DNA from: a virus
Lineage: Duplodnaviria > Caudoviricetes
DNA: 36,643 nucleotides
IMG/VR virus record: IMGVR_UViG_3300010376_000084
Location: 1 to 36,643 of that record
Direction: 5' to 3' (one strand)
The notes beneath the pieces are model-generated. The model ran no database searches. It was not told the DNA's origin and saw only the letters and a list, made by a program, of their open reading frames with translations. The number at the start of each line of letters is the position of its first letter. Position 1 is the stretch's first letter. The translations under genes and the position numbers were made by a program. Below are positions 10,379 through 20,226 of the stretch, piece by piece.

Positions 10379-10525
10379 TTTCTTCTTCTTTTTACCATGC
10401 TTGACTAATCGAGCAAACTTAGCGTCTTTATTTTCTTTCGCGTAGAATACGGATTTACCCTTTGAGGAGCCGTACTCCTGGATAAAAGCATTTAAAATAC
10501 TTTGACCAGTCCCTGAAAGTGGCAT
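10367..10525 (-). CDS. Small basic phage protein (52 aa)
   Basis: Own translation MPLSGTGQSILNAFIQEYGSSKGKSVFYAKENK...KKKKKRRT; resembles a recurrent small phage family (MPL..G..I....YG..KG.SVFYA). Confidence 0.7.
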   Translation of the reverse strand: MPLSGTGQSILNAFIQEYGSSKGKSVFYAKENKDAKFARLVKHGKKKKKRRT

Positions 10526-10528
10526 AAA

Positions 10529-10696
10529 TCACTCATGCTTAGGATGCGATTGCTTCGGCACTGAGATTACTCCCGATGCAGTTTGTGCAACTACTACTCC
10601 GGCACGTTTTACTTCGGCATGTCCACAATAAGGACACTGGTATAGATTTGAACCCCACAAAATAGATAAACGATTACAAATAGTACACTTCATCAT
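10529..10696 (-). CDS. Zinc-ribbon mini protein (55 aa)
   Basis: Own translation MMKCTICNRL...YQCPYCGH...; two CxxC; start overlaps upstream stop (ATGA). Confidence 0.65.
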   Translation of the reverse strand: MMKCTICNRLSILWGSNLYQCPYCGHAEVKRAGVVVAQTASGVISVPKQSHPKHE

Positions 10697-10797
10697 GGCT
10701 CACCGTTCATCACTTGAACTGAAACTACTGGTCCACCAGGATTCATCACATTAGCCTGTAACAATGCTTGATAGCCACAATAGGGGCAATAATACAT
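10693..10797 (-). CDS. CxxC mini protein (34 aa)
   Basis: Own translation MYYCPYCGYQALLQANVMNPGGPVVSVQVMNGEP; GGAG upstream; stop coupled to the next ORF. Confidence 0.5.
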   Translation of the reverse strand: MYYCPYCGYQALLQANVMNPGGPVVSVQVMNGEP

Positions 10798-10801
10798 GCT
10801 A

Positions 10802-11002
10802 CTACTCCCGAGTTGCAGCATGGGTCGATTGCATTGCGTGCAGTTCACTTTTCATTACTCCCACATTTGGCGTTGTATCAATATTAGCTGCTGGTGCCCA
10901 ATTACGAGCACCACAGTAATTACAGCCATAAAACTGTGCAGGGTCATTCAACAGAGTCATTTGAGTGCCACAATAATAGCAGTACCAAGTTACCGCAGCC
11001 AT
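10802..11002 (-). CDS. Zinc-ribbon mini protein (66 aa)
   Basis: Start revised to ATG 11002 (AGGAG RBS): MAAVTWYCYYCG...GCNYCG; two CxxC. Confidence 0.65.
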   Translation of the reverse strand: MAAVTWYCYYCGTQMTLLNDPAQFYGCNYCGARNWAPAANIDTTPNVGVMKSELHAMQSTHAATRE

Positions 11003-11010
11003 AGTTACTC

Positions 11011-11196
11011 CTAAAAATTTGCAGTATATGAGCCTGGAACCGGCAAATTTGTTATTCGCCGATAAAATTGATGACCACAGTTCATACATTGATAGAGTGC
11101 ATTAGCAGTTACGGTGTTATTTACTGCTGTATTGAGCAGGTTACAATTAAAACTCAAACACATGTCACAAATATAGGTGAGTGTTACCGTAGCCAC
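11011..11196 (-). CDS. Zinc-ribbon mini protein (61 aa)
   Basis: YICDMC...YQCMNCGHQF; starts 2 nt after the scaffold stop. Confidence 0.65.
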   Translation of the reverse strand: MATVTLTYICDMCLSFNCNLLNTAVNNTVTANALYQCMNCGHQFYRRITNLPVPGSYTANF

Positions 11197-11198
11197 GA

Positions 11199-11960
11199 TT
11201 ATTCCTCTGGATAAGCTAAAGCATAAAGTCGAGCCATCTCTTCAACCGCGTCTTTATGCCGTATGTCACCTTCCTTGAAATATGGACCAGTAGTATCAGC
11301 CATTATTTCACGAATTCTTTTAGCCGCTGTATCTCGGTCTCCAGCTTCTTTTCTTGACTGTTCATCAACGAAGTTGTCTTCTCCGAGACGGTTTGACAAG
11401 TCGTGAAAGAATCTAAGGACAGTAGGGTTATCGTCATTGCCGGTCGATTCGAGCCATTTGACGAATGGATGGTCACGTTGATAATTAACCAACATAGCCA
11501 CAGTTTTATGTGCCCTATCTCGGTTGGTATCATAGCGAAATCCCCATTCGGATTTCAAATCATTCAGTTCACTAGCACGTAACTTCTGCTGGGATTCAAA
11601 TATACCTTGAGACTGCTGTAAACCCCAGTTAATCATCTGGTTGAACTGCTTCTGGTTCAACCCCATATCGTGAGCAAACTTCTGGATGTTCCCTTTAAAC
11701 TCATCATCCAGTTGGTATTCTTTAGGTAAGTCAGGTAACTTATATTCGGGTTTCTCCGGTCTGCCCCAATGCTTATAATAACTATTCCACGATTCCGTAT
11801 CTGAATCGTCTTTTGGTACTCGACCAGTAGAAGAAACAAACTTCTCCATGTCAATGTAGGATTTAACCAAACCACCTACATCTTTAAATCTGGTCAAAGA
11901 CTCATTAGCCTGAAGTTCAGGTGGTAATGATGCTCTCCAATCACCATTATTATCCGCCAT
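11199..11960 (-). CDS. Capsid scaffolding/assembly protein
   Basis: WRASLP.EL, F.DV..L.KSY, GRPEKPEY and LKSEWG motifs; lies between portal and capsid. Confidence 0.85.
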   Translation of the reverse strand: MADNNGDWRASLPPELQANESLTRFKDVGGLVKSYIDMEKFVSSTGRVPKDDSDTESWNSYYKHWGRPEKPEYKLPDLPKEYQLDDEFKGNIQKFAHDMGLNQKQFNQMINWGLQQSQGIFESQQKLRASELNDLKSEWGFRYDTNRDRAHKTVAMLVNYQRDHPFVKWLESTGNDDNPTVLRFFHDLSNRLGEDNFVDEQSRKEAGDRDTAAKRIREIMADTTGPYFKEGDIRHKDAVEEMARLYALAYPEE

Positions 11961-12192
11961 TTCTACTCCTCTGGTTCAGTTCAAACTCTTCAATCTTGCT
12001 CAAAATATAGACGATAACTTCTCTCGCACCAACATTCAAAAGAATGTTAGTATTATCAAAACTTCTAGTCATAAATGTAGCACGATAAAATTTACTTTCT
12101 AAATCCTTTAGTACCATTTGGCCTTGTGGAGAAGTCTTAAAGGCCGAATAATAATTTGCCAATAAAATTTCATATTCATCCACACCATTCAT
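11950..12192 (-). CDS. Small conserved phage protein (BPP-1 Bbp19-like)
   Basis: F..SPQGQMVLKDL and G.REV..YI motifs; between portal and scaffold. Confidence 0.7.
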   Translation of the reverse strand: MNGVDEYEILLANYYSAFKTSPQGQMVLKDLESKFYRATFMTRSFDNTNILLNVGAREVIVYILSKIEEFELNQRSRNGG

Positions 12193-12386
12193 TGGCTAAT
12201 AATCTCATCAATCATCTTATGAATAGCATCTAAATCTTCCATAAATTTACTATGCTGTTCAAAAGGAATAGGAATTGATGGTACAGCTAGTAGAGCTTTG
12301 AGAAAGTCGTTATGGGCTTTTAACATTACCACTACTAGTTTAATATCATCTGACATTTGTTTCCGCGTTTCTTTAGGCTCTGCCAC
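12189..12386 (-). CDS. Hypothetical protein
   Basis: 65 aa, overlaps both neighbours, AGGAG upstream. Confidence 0.55.
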   Translation of the reverse strand: MAEPKETRKQMSDDIKLVVVMLKAHNDFLKALLAVPSIPIPFEQHSKFMEDLDAIHKMIDEIISQ

Positions 12387-14061
12387 CTTGTGCTCCTCCT
12401 TGCAATTGTTCTAGTGGACTGCCTGATTGAGGCTTTTGACTAATTGAACGAACTGCTGGAGACAGGTTCTTAGCTCCCTGAGTAACTTGCATAGCCTCTT
12501 GGTTCTGTTTTTCCTGCTCCATCGCTTGCTGTTTTTGTTGACGAATTACATCCAACTGTTTAGCATCTCGGATAATATCTGAAGGAATACCAAGCACTGA
12601 AGCACGGTAACGAGCAAGCTCATCAAAATCAATCACATCGATTACATCAGGATGGAGTTTAGCGATTGGCTCTAAACCCTGAATAAATTGGTCAGTGGCA
12701 GTTAAATCAGAGCTTCGTTGTGCTCGTGCAAGTGGACCTTCATATTGGATACGAAGTCCGAGTGGTTTCGTTCTAAGCGCTTGAACCAACGCTCCAGGTA
12801 GCGGGTTAAATAACCCTGCTCGGTACATAATCTTGAAAGTACGGTCAATAAGCGGAGTTGCAAATTCAGTATCAATCCGTCCCAAAGTAGGACCAAGCAC
12901 CCGCTGCATAGTTTCATATCTAACATTAACCTCAGTTGCAGTCATTTGCGGTCCAGTTTGTAGTTGCAACTGGTCGATATAATACATACCATGTATTGAC
13001 TGCTTCAATTCCTCTTTCTTTAGATTGACTACTTCATATTTACCTGTAGTATCAATTGGGAACAATGATTCACGACCAGACTTTAACATGGTGATACCAC
13101 CAGGAATCATTCGAGCTGGACCAATTACTTCACCACTAACCACTCCTAACGGTGGGTCAACATTCTTTGCCAAATTCCTCAATTCCATCTCTACAATTTT
13201 ATTGAGTGTCCTAATATCCGGCAATGCAGTGTGACTTGGTCCCCGTCCGTAAGTTTCATCGGCATATTTTGTCCATCGTGGCACCATAAAAGGAAATTCA
13301 TAATAACCCTTGGTAGAAAGGATGGTGCGGGTTTTATTGAGTATGTATGTGGATTCCCATCGATAATCTTGGTTATTTCCACTTTGTTTAGGTACAACAG
13401 CATGAATTACTTCCCACAGTTCATCTGGCTTTGGACACTCTACCACTTCTTGTGGAATCGTTGACGGCCATTTTGCCTTAATTGCATGGGTGGACATTGG
13501 AATCGTCCTAAATACCGTGTCAACTCGGTTGTCTGGTCCTTCAGCAACAACGAATTTTTGAATTGAGACTGAGCTAAATCTAAGTCCACCCCACCAGCCT
13601 TTTTCTTTAGCTTCTTCTTCATATAAACATCCAGTACCAAAGCAACACATATCTATGTAAAGTTCATGACCTTCTGCATTAAAATTAGATTTATTAATTT
13701 CAATTCGCATTCGATTATTTACTGCATCAAGCCAAGTTCGCACTGCATAATCTTTTTGTAAATCTTCATCAATTATTTCAAGAGCAAACTACTTAGTAAA
13801 ACTAGGAGTGAGAGTCCCGTGAATAGCACTAGCCAGAAGCTCCATATCGTGTGGTGCAGTGGAATCAAATAAGCGCTGAGTACGCTTGTAACCAGGAATA
13901 CGCTGTACAGCAATAGAGTTCTTTCGTGGTAAGATATAATCGGCAAGCTCCTGCCACTCCATCCACCAAATTTGCTGTACTCCAAGTAATTGGGTATATT
14001 GATACAGCAAATCTTGTATGCGTTCTTCTTCTACTGCCATTCCTTCAGCACTCTTTGACAC
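12373..14061 (-). CDS. Portal / head-tail connector protein, interrupted by one in-frame TAG at 13789-13791
   Basis: ORFs 13789..14061 and 12373..13743 share a frame: ...TLTPSFTK*FALEIIDEDLQKDYAVRTWLD. Portal motifs WQELADYILP, FDSTA, YGRGP and MTATEV; 562 codons joined. Confidence 0.9.
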
Positions 14062-14071
14062 TGGTTACGAA

Positions 14072-14314
14072 CTAATCTTGTCCTTCTGCTCTCAGTTTAT
14101 CTTTATCATCGTAAACTGATTTACCACCATCATAAGCTTGAATAACTTTACCTAATCTCATTGTTGCATCTTCAACATGTCTTAGTGCCAGTTGTATATT
14201 TGCATGAATTTCTTCAACTGCACCAGCATCAATATGATGATGCAACTGCTTAATTTGTGGCTCTAAACTTTTTAACAGTAATCTAAGTCTAGAACACTCT
14301 TGATCCAGTTTCAT
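14072..14314 (-). CDS. Hypothetical protein
   Basis: 80 aa, overlapping operon neighbour; RHVEDATMRLGK motif. Confidence 0.6.
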   Translation of the reverse strand: MKLDQECSRLRLLLKSLEPQIKQLHHHIDAGAVEEIHANIQLALRHVEDATMRLGKVIQAYDGGKSVYDDKDKLRAEGQD

Positions 14315-14538
14315 TTATCGTCCCCGCTAGTAATTTCACCTACTGCCTTTGGACCAGCGGAGCCGGTGGTTGTATTGACCATACAATCTCTAGCAGGCTT
14401 AGGCGTGCTCGACGCAGTTTCGCCTCCACTTGCATGCCCAACTCGTGCTGGTCCAGAGACAGTAGATTTCATACCTGATTCAGTACCAGGGTTGTAATAA
14501 TGGTCACTGTAATGTTGTCCGTCTTGCTTACGTTCCAT
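14311..14538 (-). CDS. Hypothetical protein
   Basis: 75 aa, AGGAG RBS, in operon. Confidence 0.55.
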   Translation of the reverse strand: MERKQDGQHYSDHYYNPGTESGMKSTVSGPARVGHASGGETASSTPKPARDCMVNTTTGSAGPKAVGEITSGDDK

Positions 14539-14541
14539 GAT

Positions 14542-14748
14542 TTATTCTCCTGTACGTGTCTTAGTACCAGTCATCTTGCTGCTTATTGAAGTACCCGAAG
14601 ACGGTTTATAGCCAAACATAGCTGCAACTAAGCCTTGTCTCCTACCAAGTTGACTCAGTTCTGAGTTCAACAGAGTATTCTGCACAGGAGCTGGTGGCGG
14701 TGGCAGTGGTGGAACGGGAATCCTTGGCTTACTAAATAATATGCCCAT
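14542..14748 (-). CDS. Small Pro-rich pre-portal virion protein
   Basis: MG.LFSKP..P.PP.PPPP N-terminus typical of podovirus genes upstream of the portal. Confidence 0.6.
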   Translation of the reverse strand: MGILFSKPRIPVPPLPPPPAPVQNTLLNSELSQLGRRQGLVAAMFGYKPSSGTSISSKMTGTKTRTGE

Positions 14749-14749
14749 A

Positions 14750-15742
14750 TTATAAAACTGCTGCCCAGTGTCCTTGAGTGTAAGTTACAGTAACTCCGCT
14801 ACTACCCCCAGTAACAGGGTTGCTCGCTGGTGTGCCATCAGTAGCATAAGCCATACTGCCGTTTTTCTTAGCTATCCACTGATTATAATGTGCAGCTAGT
14901 CGTGCAGTTGACAAAGATGAATTATATACGGCAAATTCATCGAGTGAGCCTAAGAAGCCACCATTAAGTCCAGAATTACAAAACAAGGTCAGTGCTGTAG
15001 TAGACGGTGTTAAAGTGAATGTATTTCGAGTAACAACCTGCTCCACTCCATCAATATAGATGTGAGAGTCAGCACCGTTCTTGGTCATCTGAAATAGATG
15101 CCAATTGGTATCAGTGTAAGTGCTTGTGGTCTGTAGGAACGTACCTACACCAGCAGCCGTGCATTGAATTATATTAGCCGCAGCAAACTGTATCTGAATA
15201 GCACCTGTACCAGTGCCCTGTATGACTATTTGTGCAGTACTCAGAGTAACCCGCTTAAAGGCAAACTCAACCGTGATGATGTCACCAGCCGGTAACGATG
15301 CATTAGCTGCTACCACAGCTCTTGACGTAGCAGCAGTTTGAGTCATGGCACCGTTGCTATCATCAATAATGCTACCAGCTATATTATAGGTACCAGTAAA
15401 CGTAGCTGTCGCTGTATTACCGTTACCTGAACTATCGGCAAAGTTACCCGATGCCTCACCTAGCCGCCAATAGCCTGCTGGTGTATCAGATAATATCGTT
15501 TGTGAATAACTTGGTAACTGTGCTACGGTGTACTGCAACAGACCAGTGTTAGGTTGAATCGGAGACACTGGTACATATGGATAATTAGCCGGAATATCTA
15601 TCCAATATTGACCATTCCAATGAACCGTGCATAGCAGTACTCCACCACCAACTTCAATCACTCCAGGTGTGGCAGTCTTACTATCGGTGATATCATAAGA
15701 GTCACGTACCTTAGGTGAACCAGGTAATTGTGCAAATGTCAT
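14750..15742 (-). CDS. LamG/concanavalin A-like domain protein (putative adhesin/virion appendage)
   Basis: [20 protein letters not shown].....NG....YIDG and [13 protein letters not shown] motifs. Confidence 0.8.
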   Translation of the reverse strand: MTFAQLPGSPKVRDSYDITDSKTATPGVIEVGGGVLLCTVHWNGQYWIDIPANYPYVPVSPIQPNTGLLQYTVAQLPSYSQTILSDTPAGYWRLGEASGNFADSSGNGNTATATFTGTYNIAGSIIDDSNGAMTQTAATSRAVVAANASLPAGDIITVEFAFKRVTLSTAQIVIQGTGTGAIQIQFAAANIIQCTAAGVGTFLQTTSTYTDTNWHLFQMTKNGADSHIYIDGVEQVVTRNTFTLTPSTTALTLFCNSGLNGGFLGSLDEFAVYNSSLSTARLAAHYNQWIAKKNGSMAYATDGTPASNPVTGGSSGVTVTYTQGHWAAVL

Positions 15743-17262
15743 TGTGGTCGTGCTCCATCAATTACTGGAGGAATATTAGCCCCACTAGTCGGTGTATAAT
15801 CATAGGTGAATGCACCATTGCCAGTGACAATTTTATTCGTAATGTGATTATTAATCACCTGAGTTCCATTGCCACAGGCATTGGCATAGCAAAAGCCTTT
15901 AACAGTAACCATGCCATCTCCGGTAATATTGACCGCTTGAGCTAATCGTGGTCCACCATTTAATTCAATTCCATAAGCTTCAAAGTCTGTAGCATAATTT
16001 AAACTGATACCAATTCCCGTGCCAGGAGTTTGATTACTAGTCTCAAAATAGGTACCCAAATCAAGCACAGATTTACAAGGACCGGCAGCGGTCCCGTTGA
16101 CTTTAAGCCATACAGGTGTAGTCCCAGCAAAATCAACAATGGCACCACCAATGATTTGAAGAGATTGACTTCCACCTGATGAATTTTGATTGCATTCAAT
16201 ATCATAGCCAATCCCGTTCAGTCCGGTTAGGTGGTTGCCCAATATCCAAACATTATGAAATAATAAAGCATTCCACTGTTGATTGGTATCATCAACTAGG
16301 ATAGCGGTCTGGTTAGCTCCCCCTAGTGCAACACTAAGATTCTGAAAACTACCCTGTCCTTCGACTCCAGCTACCCATAGTACCGCTTTATTAACGGTCG
16401 CTCCACCAGCTCCAATATAGATACCTTGCACATCCATATTGGGTGTGCTAGTGTTGGTAATGCCCAAAGCTGAATTAGTAAAGCCTGACCATGACTCAAC
16501 CACAGCATCTAAGGTGCCCAACCTACCTGTAACTGAGCCACCATTTTGACTATTAGAGCCAATCACCGAACCTTTGTTAGCTACTACAATGCCTGCGGCT
16601 CCTTTACCAGTGCCAACGAACGAAACCTTGGCTCCAGGGTAGAGCATTAACTCTTGAGTTGCATTTGGTCCACCAACTCCGACAAACAGAGGAGTAGGAG
16701 AGGGATAGTTACCTGGGGTGGCAACAACAATACACGGCGTAGATGAAACCACGCCAAGTCTGATGTTAATCCAGCTACCTGTGCCATCGGCAGTGATTCC
16801 CAAGTAATTCGGGTTCCAGGCTGGATGAATGCCTGATGATGCAGTTCCAGCTGTTCTTCCAACTTCAATATTTCCATTGGTATCGGTTATCTGTGTGGTA
16901 CCAACACTAATCGACATCCCTGATGACCAGTTTTGGGCTGGACACTGCTTAAACGCTGCATGAAGCGGGTCAGTGGGGTTCGACTGGATAAACGGCTGAG
17001 CATAAATGAACTGTGGCAGGTTAGCCGAACCACCTCCGCTACCAGGTGGACCTGGTGGACCTGGTGGACCTGTACTCCCTTGAGGTCCAGGTGGTCCGGT
17101 GTTACCTTGTGGACCCTGTGGACCTACCGTTCCCTGTGGTCCCGTCATACCTGGTGGACCTTGAACTCCCTGTGGTCCCATCGGTCCCTGTTGAGCTAGC
17201 ACAGCTGTAGCTAGTATAAGTAATATGACAACCAGTAATAGGTATATCCGGCTAGATTTCAT
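15739..17262 (-). CDS. Collagen-repeat, beta-helix-like protein with N-terminal signal-peptide-like segment
   Basis: Start revised to ATG 17262 (GAGG RBS): [25 protein letters not shown], then about 16 Gly-X-Y triplets and a Gly/Asn/Thr-rich body. Confidence 0.75.
   Translation of the reverse strand: MKSSRIYLLLVVILLILATAVLAQQGPMGPQGVQGPPGMTGPQGTVGPQGPQGNTGPPGPQGSTGPPGPPGPPGSGGGSANLPQFIYAQPFIQSNPTDPLHAAFKQCPAQNWSSGMSISVGTTQITDTNGNIEVGRTAGTASSGIHPAWNPNYLGITADGTGSWINIRLGVVSSTPCIVVATPGNYPSPTPLFVGVGGPNATQELMLYPGAKVSFVGTGKGAAGIVVANKGSVIGSNSQNGGSVTGRLGTLDAVVESWSGFTNSALGITNTSTPNMDVQGIYIGAGGATVNKAVLWVAGVEGQGSFQNLSVALGGANQTAILVDDTNQQWNALLFHNVWILGNHLTGLNGIGYDIECNQNSSGGSQSLQIIGGAIVDFAGTTPVWLKVNGTAAGPCKSVLDLGTYFETSNQTPGTGIGISLNYATDFEAYGIELNGGPRLAQAVNITGDGMVTVKGFCYANACGNGTQVINNHITNKIVTGNGAFTYDYTPTSGANIPPVIDGARPQ
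17046..17186 (-). repeat. 9-bp periodic collagen-coding repeat (GGTCCACCA-like)
   Basis: Encodes (GPP/GPQ)n. Confidence 0.8.
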
Positions 17263-18784
17263 CTGGCACCTCATCCTCCCTCACTACCCAGAGAGGTCTA
17301 GTAGTATATAGTTGACTGCCCGATTGGAATCTATCCAGCCGACCTTCAGTTAGTCCACGACCAATTTGGTCGATATATTGCGGAGTGACTCCTGGATACA
17401 TGAAATCATTGGCTGGTGAATGACTGGTATCCAGTGGATTGAAATCTCGCTGATATTCAGTAACCTGGAAGCGTTCATCAATTTCCGATTCCACCCCAAA
17501 AGCTAGGTATCTGAACGCATCCGCACCATGTGACCACTTATCGTGGACTGGATTGCGCTTGAAATCCAGTAATTTATTATTGAAATCCTTATGATAGTTG
17601 ATTAGGGCACGGATACCAAGGTCACATTTCACCTTGTCAAAATAGCACCGTGGCAGTATGGTCCTAGTATAATCAATGCCTTCAGCTACCGATAAACGTG
17701 GCGTAGTCTTAAAGTGTATCCCTAAATCTCGTGCTATCTCTCTTCTCGACCGTCCACTAGTAAACTCTCGGGTTTCAATATCATGTGGTGCATAATGATT
17801 ACTGTAGACATAGGGCTTGTCTTTGCAGATTTTAATATAGTGCTGCAAACCCTGACTGTTATTGATATAGTAATCAATCAGGAAGACTTCCCGCCCAACC
17901 TTTTGAGCAAACCATATGGCACACTGGTCGGCTATGCCTAAATCCCAGCCCGTGAATACTGCATACTTAGGGTCCCAGCTGACTTCGCGTATCCTGTTGG
18001 CTTGGTACAGTTCAGCTATTATTCGGCCATAATATGAACCTTCCCTGAAGCCGACAAAGCTACAGTAGTATTCCTGCTGCACCAAGTCCTCATCCATGCC
18101 GGATTTGCGCTCTTCATCCAGCATAGACTCCGATACGACGGGTTCAGGTGGAGTATTTGGTGCGAGTGCCTCTAGTTCCTCTTCACTGTCTCTTTTGGTA
18201 TCTTCGACCGTCTTGGTGCTTACGAACCACCCTTTAGCTCCGTGGGCTTTCTCCCATAGAGAGAATGCATGATTACGACCTCTAGGAGTAAAGATGAAAG
18301 CTGCCCAACCTTTATTTTCGGTGAGTATCGGTCGGATGAATTCCCAGGCTGAAGGAAATTGTAGGCTAAACTCTGAGTATACCACTCCGACTGGATTGGC
18401 TCCAACAATCCTGTCAACATGGTCTGAGCCTATCAAGCGGAAGATTGAGCCATTAACCAGCCCAATTTCCAACCTCTGGTCATTCTTGTACTCCACCAAC
18501 TGTTCAGGGAAGTGTTCGATAAATGGAAACCCTTCGTTGATACCTGAACCCATGCCCTCCCAGATGATTAATCGAGCCTGCTCGTAGGTTGGTAGTACAT
18601 ACCAATACATCCCGACCCTTTCCAGCATCCGGCAGATAGTGAAATTCAACCAGGTTTTATCTTTGCCACTTCTCCTATGCCAAACACTGATGAATCTCCT
18701 ATAGCCACGATTCCAGGCTTCAAATACTTCCCTTTGATAGCTTCGGGGAGTATATTCAAATGGAAGCTGTATAGTTATATCCAT
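17252..18784 (-). CDS. terL: Terminase large subunit
   Basis: Walker A-like [13 protein letters not shown] Walker B, FTPRG motif, QEYYCSF, nuclease WDLG and SHGADAFRY. Confidence 0.95.
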   Translation of the reverse strand: MDITIQLPFEYTPRSYQREVFEAWNRGYRRFISVWHRRSGKDKTWLNFTICRMLERVGMYWYVLPTYEQARLIIWEGMGSGINEGFPFIEHFPEQLVEYKNDQRLEIGLVNGSIFRLIGSDHVDRIVGANPVGVVYSEFSLQFPSAWEFIRPILTENKGWAAFIFTPRGRNHAFSLWEKAHGAKGWFVSTKTVEDTKRDSEEELEALAPNTPPEPVVSESMLDEERKSGMDEDLVQQEYYCSFVGFREGSYYGRIIAELYQANRIREVSWDPKYAVFTGWDLGIADQCAIWFAQKVGREVFLIDYYINNSQGLQHYIKICKDKPYVYSNHYAPHDIETREFTSGRSRREIARDLGIHFKTTPRLSVAEGIDYTRTILPRCYFDKVKCDLGIRALINYHKDFNNKLLDFKRNPVHDKWSHGADAFRYLAFGVESEIDERFQVTEYQRDFNPLDTSHSPANDFMYPGVTPQYIDQIGRGLTEGRLDRFQSGSQLYTTRPLWVVREDEVPDEI

Positions 18785-18833
18785 TAGTTATAAATACTTT
18801 GAAAACCAGGTATAACGATATTATATAACTCTT

Positions 18834-18980
18834 TCACCTTAATCGGTCTGCCAGTATAGCTAGCTTATTCTTATGTTCCAGGTATAGTGCTATTACTGCT
18901 AGAAGAAATCCACCTACACTAAACAACAGTGCCACATCACAGATGTCCAGGTTCCAGGCTAATAAATGAAGGATGGACAT
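18834..18980 (-). CDS. Small single-pass membrane protein (48 aa)
   Basis: Own translation MSILHLLAWNLDICDVALLFSVGGFLLAVIALYLEHKNKLAILADRLR; RBS weak. Confidence 0.4.
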   Translation of the reverse strand: MSILHLLAWNLDICDVALLFSVGGFLLAVIALYLEHKNKLAILADRLR

Positions 18981-19120
18981 AGGAATCTAACCAACTTAAA
19001 GTTCTCTTCCAGGTTTATTAGTCTGCATTAATAACGCTTTTAGCGTATTAATAATCAATTTAAAGATCTCTACCTTTAATTTGAGTTTGCTTTAATAACG
19101 TCGTAGACTCCAGTAATTTA

Positions 19121-19594
19121 TCAGAGCTTACGACCTTCGGTCGTAGCCTGACGCATGACCATCTCGTTATAGCTTTCCATTGCATCTCGACCCGCTTCAT
19201 CCACGTCTTCAGCTTCTATCTCTTCGATTTCGGCTGAGTCCAGGGTACGTGAGCGTGCATAGTCGGCTAGTTCAATTTTAAGTGTGATATTTTTATCCTG
19301 CTTAGCTTGGACTTCCAGGCTACGTACTTGCGGGTAGCCATATTTAGCTATCTCGCTGTGGGCTTTCAGTTTGATAGCTTCACTGTCAGATAGAAATGCT
19401 ATCTTGGCTATCTCGAACAATGGATTATAGTTGGTGAGATTGGGGTCCCAGGTATGTAGTTGGTCTTGCAGGGTGGACATCAGGTTGGTTAGTTGTTCGA
19501 CACCAAATTTGGTAATGTTGTAAGCATTATCGGTGCCGGTTTCCACCTGGGATTGTTCTTCCAGTAATAATTTAGCTAGTTTAGAGCGTGGCAT
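19121..19594 (-). CDS. Probable terminase small subunit
   Basis: 157 aa upstream of terL; YNP..IAKIA...IKLKAHSEIAKYGYPQVRS.E pattern seen in TerS-position proteins. Confidence 0.6.
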   Translation of the reverse strand: MPRSKLAKLLLEEQSQVETGTDNAYNITKFGVEQLTNLMSTLQDQLHTWDPNLTNYNPLFEIAKIAFLSDSEAIKLKAHSEIAKYGYPQVRSLEVQAKQDKNITLKIELADYARSRTLDSAEIEEIEAEDVDEAGRDAMESYNEMVMRQATTEGRKL

Positions 19595-19665
19595 GATTAT
19601 AATCCTAGATTCTTCAGGCTACTCGCCTTCAGAATGGTTCGATTTATTCTATCGAATAATCTTCC

Positions 19666-19735
19666 ACTTGACAGACGACATACATAGCTTCGCCCTCAGT
19701 AGCATATTGACAGGGCGATACAAATGTGTCAATAT
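19666..19735. promoter_or_regulatory. Divergent control region with ACTTGACA-box and 9-bp inverted repeat
   Basis: ACTTGACAGACGACATAC at 19666; ATATTGACA-N14-TGTCAATAT at 19704-19735, between divergent terS and HNH genes. Confidence 0.45.
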
Positions 19736-19770
19736 AGGTAGGAAATACAATTCTATAGGATGCAAGAATC

Positions 19771-20157
19771 ATGCCGCATGGAATGTCTGATTATGATTAT
19801 GGTAGAATGCGATATGCTGTTAGACTGGCAGTTAAAGAAGGCAGGTTAATAAAGCCTGTCAAGTGTCAAGTATGTAACCAGGTTAGGGTTTTATCTGGTC
19901 ATCATACTTCATATAGACCAGAGAATTGGCTTAATGTGATTTGGGTTTGCCATAGCTGTCATCGGACTGTTCACTGGCAAGAGGAAACTGAGAAGTTTGA
20001 ATTAGATGAGTTCTCTCGGATATCCAGGTTAGCTGCTGAAATTGATAAGTTTAAAGCTAAACAGAGTACGACTAAGAAAAAAGAGATGAAACAGTCTAAG
20101 GTTCAAGCTGAGACGCAGGTGCTGGTTAGAAGGTTACTGAATAAAGAATTACTTTGA
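19771..20157 (+). CDS. HNH-type zinc-binding endonuclease-like protein
   Basis: CQVC...GHH.SY...LNVIWVCHSCHRTVH motif. Confidence 0.7.
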   Translation: MPHGMSDYDYGRMRYAVRLAVKEGRLIKPVKCQVCNQVRVLSGHHTSYRPENWLNVIWVCHSCHRTVHWQEETEKFELDEFSRISRLAAEIDKFKAKQSTTKKKEMKQSKVQAETQVLVRRLLNKELL

Positions 20158-20226
20158 TTCTGCTGGATGGGTGACTTTGGATTTTGGATGAGTGATGGGG
20201 GACGGATGGAAGTTATGTCTGAATTT

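Noticed and set aside
18700-19020. Local cluster of TCCAGG/CCWGG
   Set aside because: About six short copies, partly explained by coding; could be chance.
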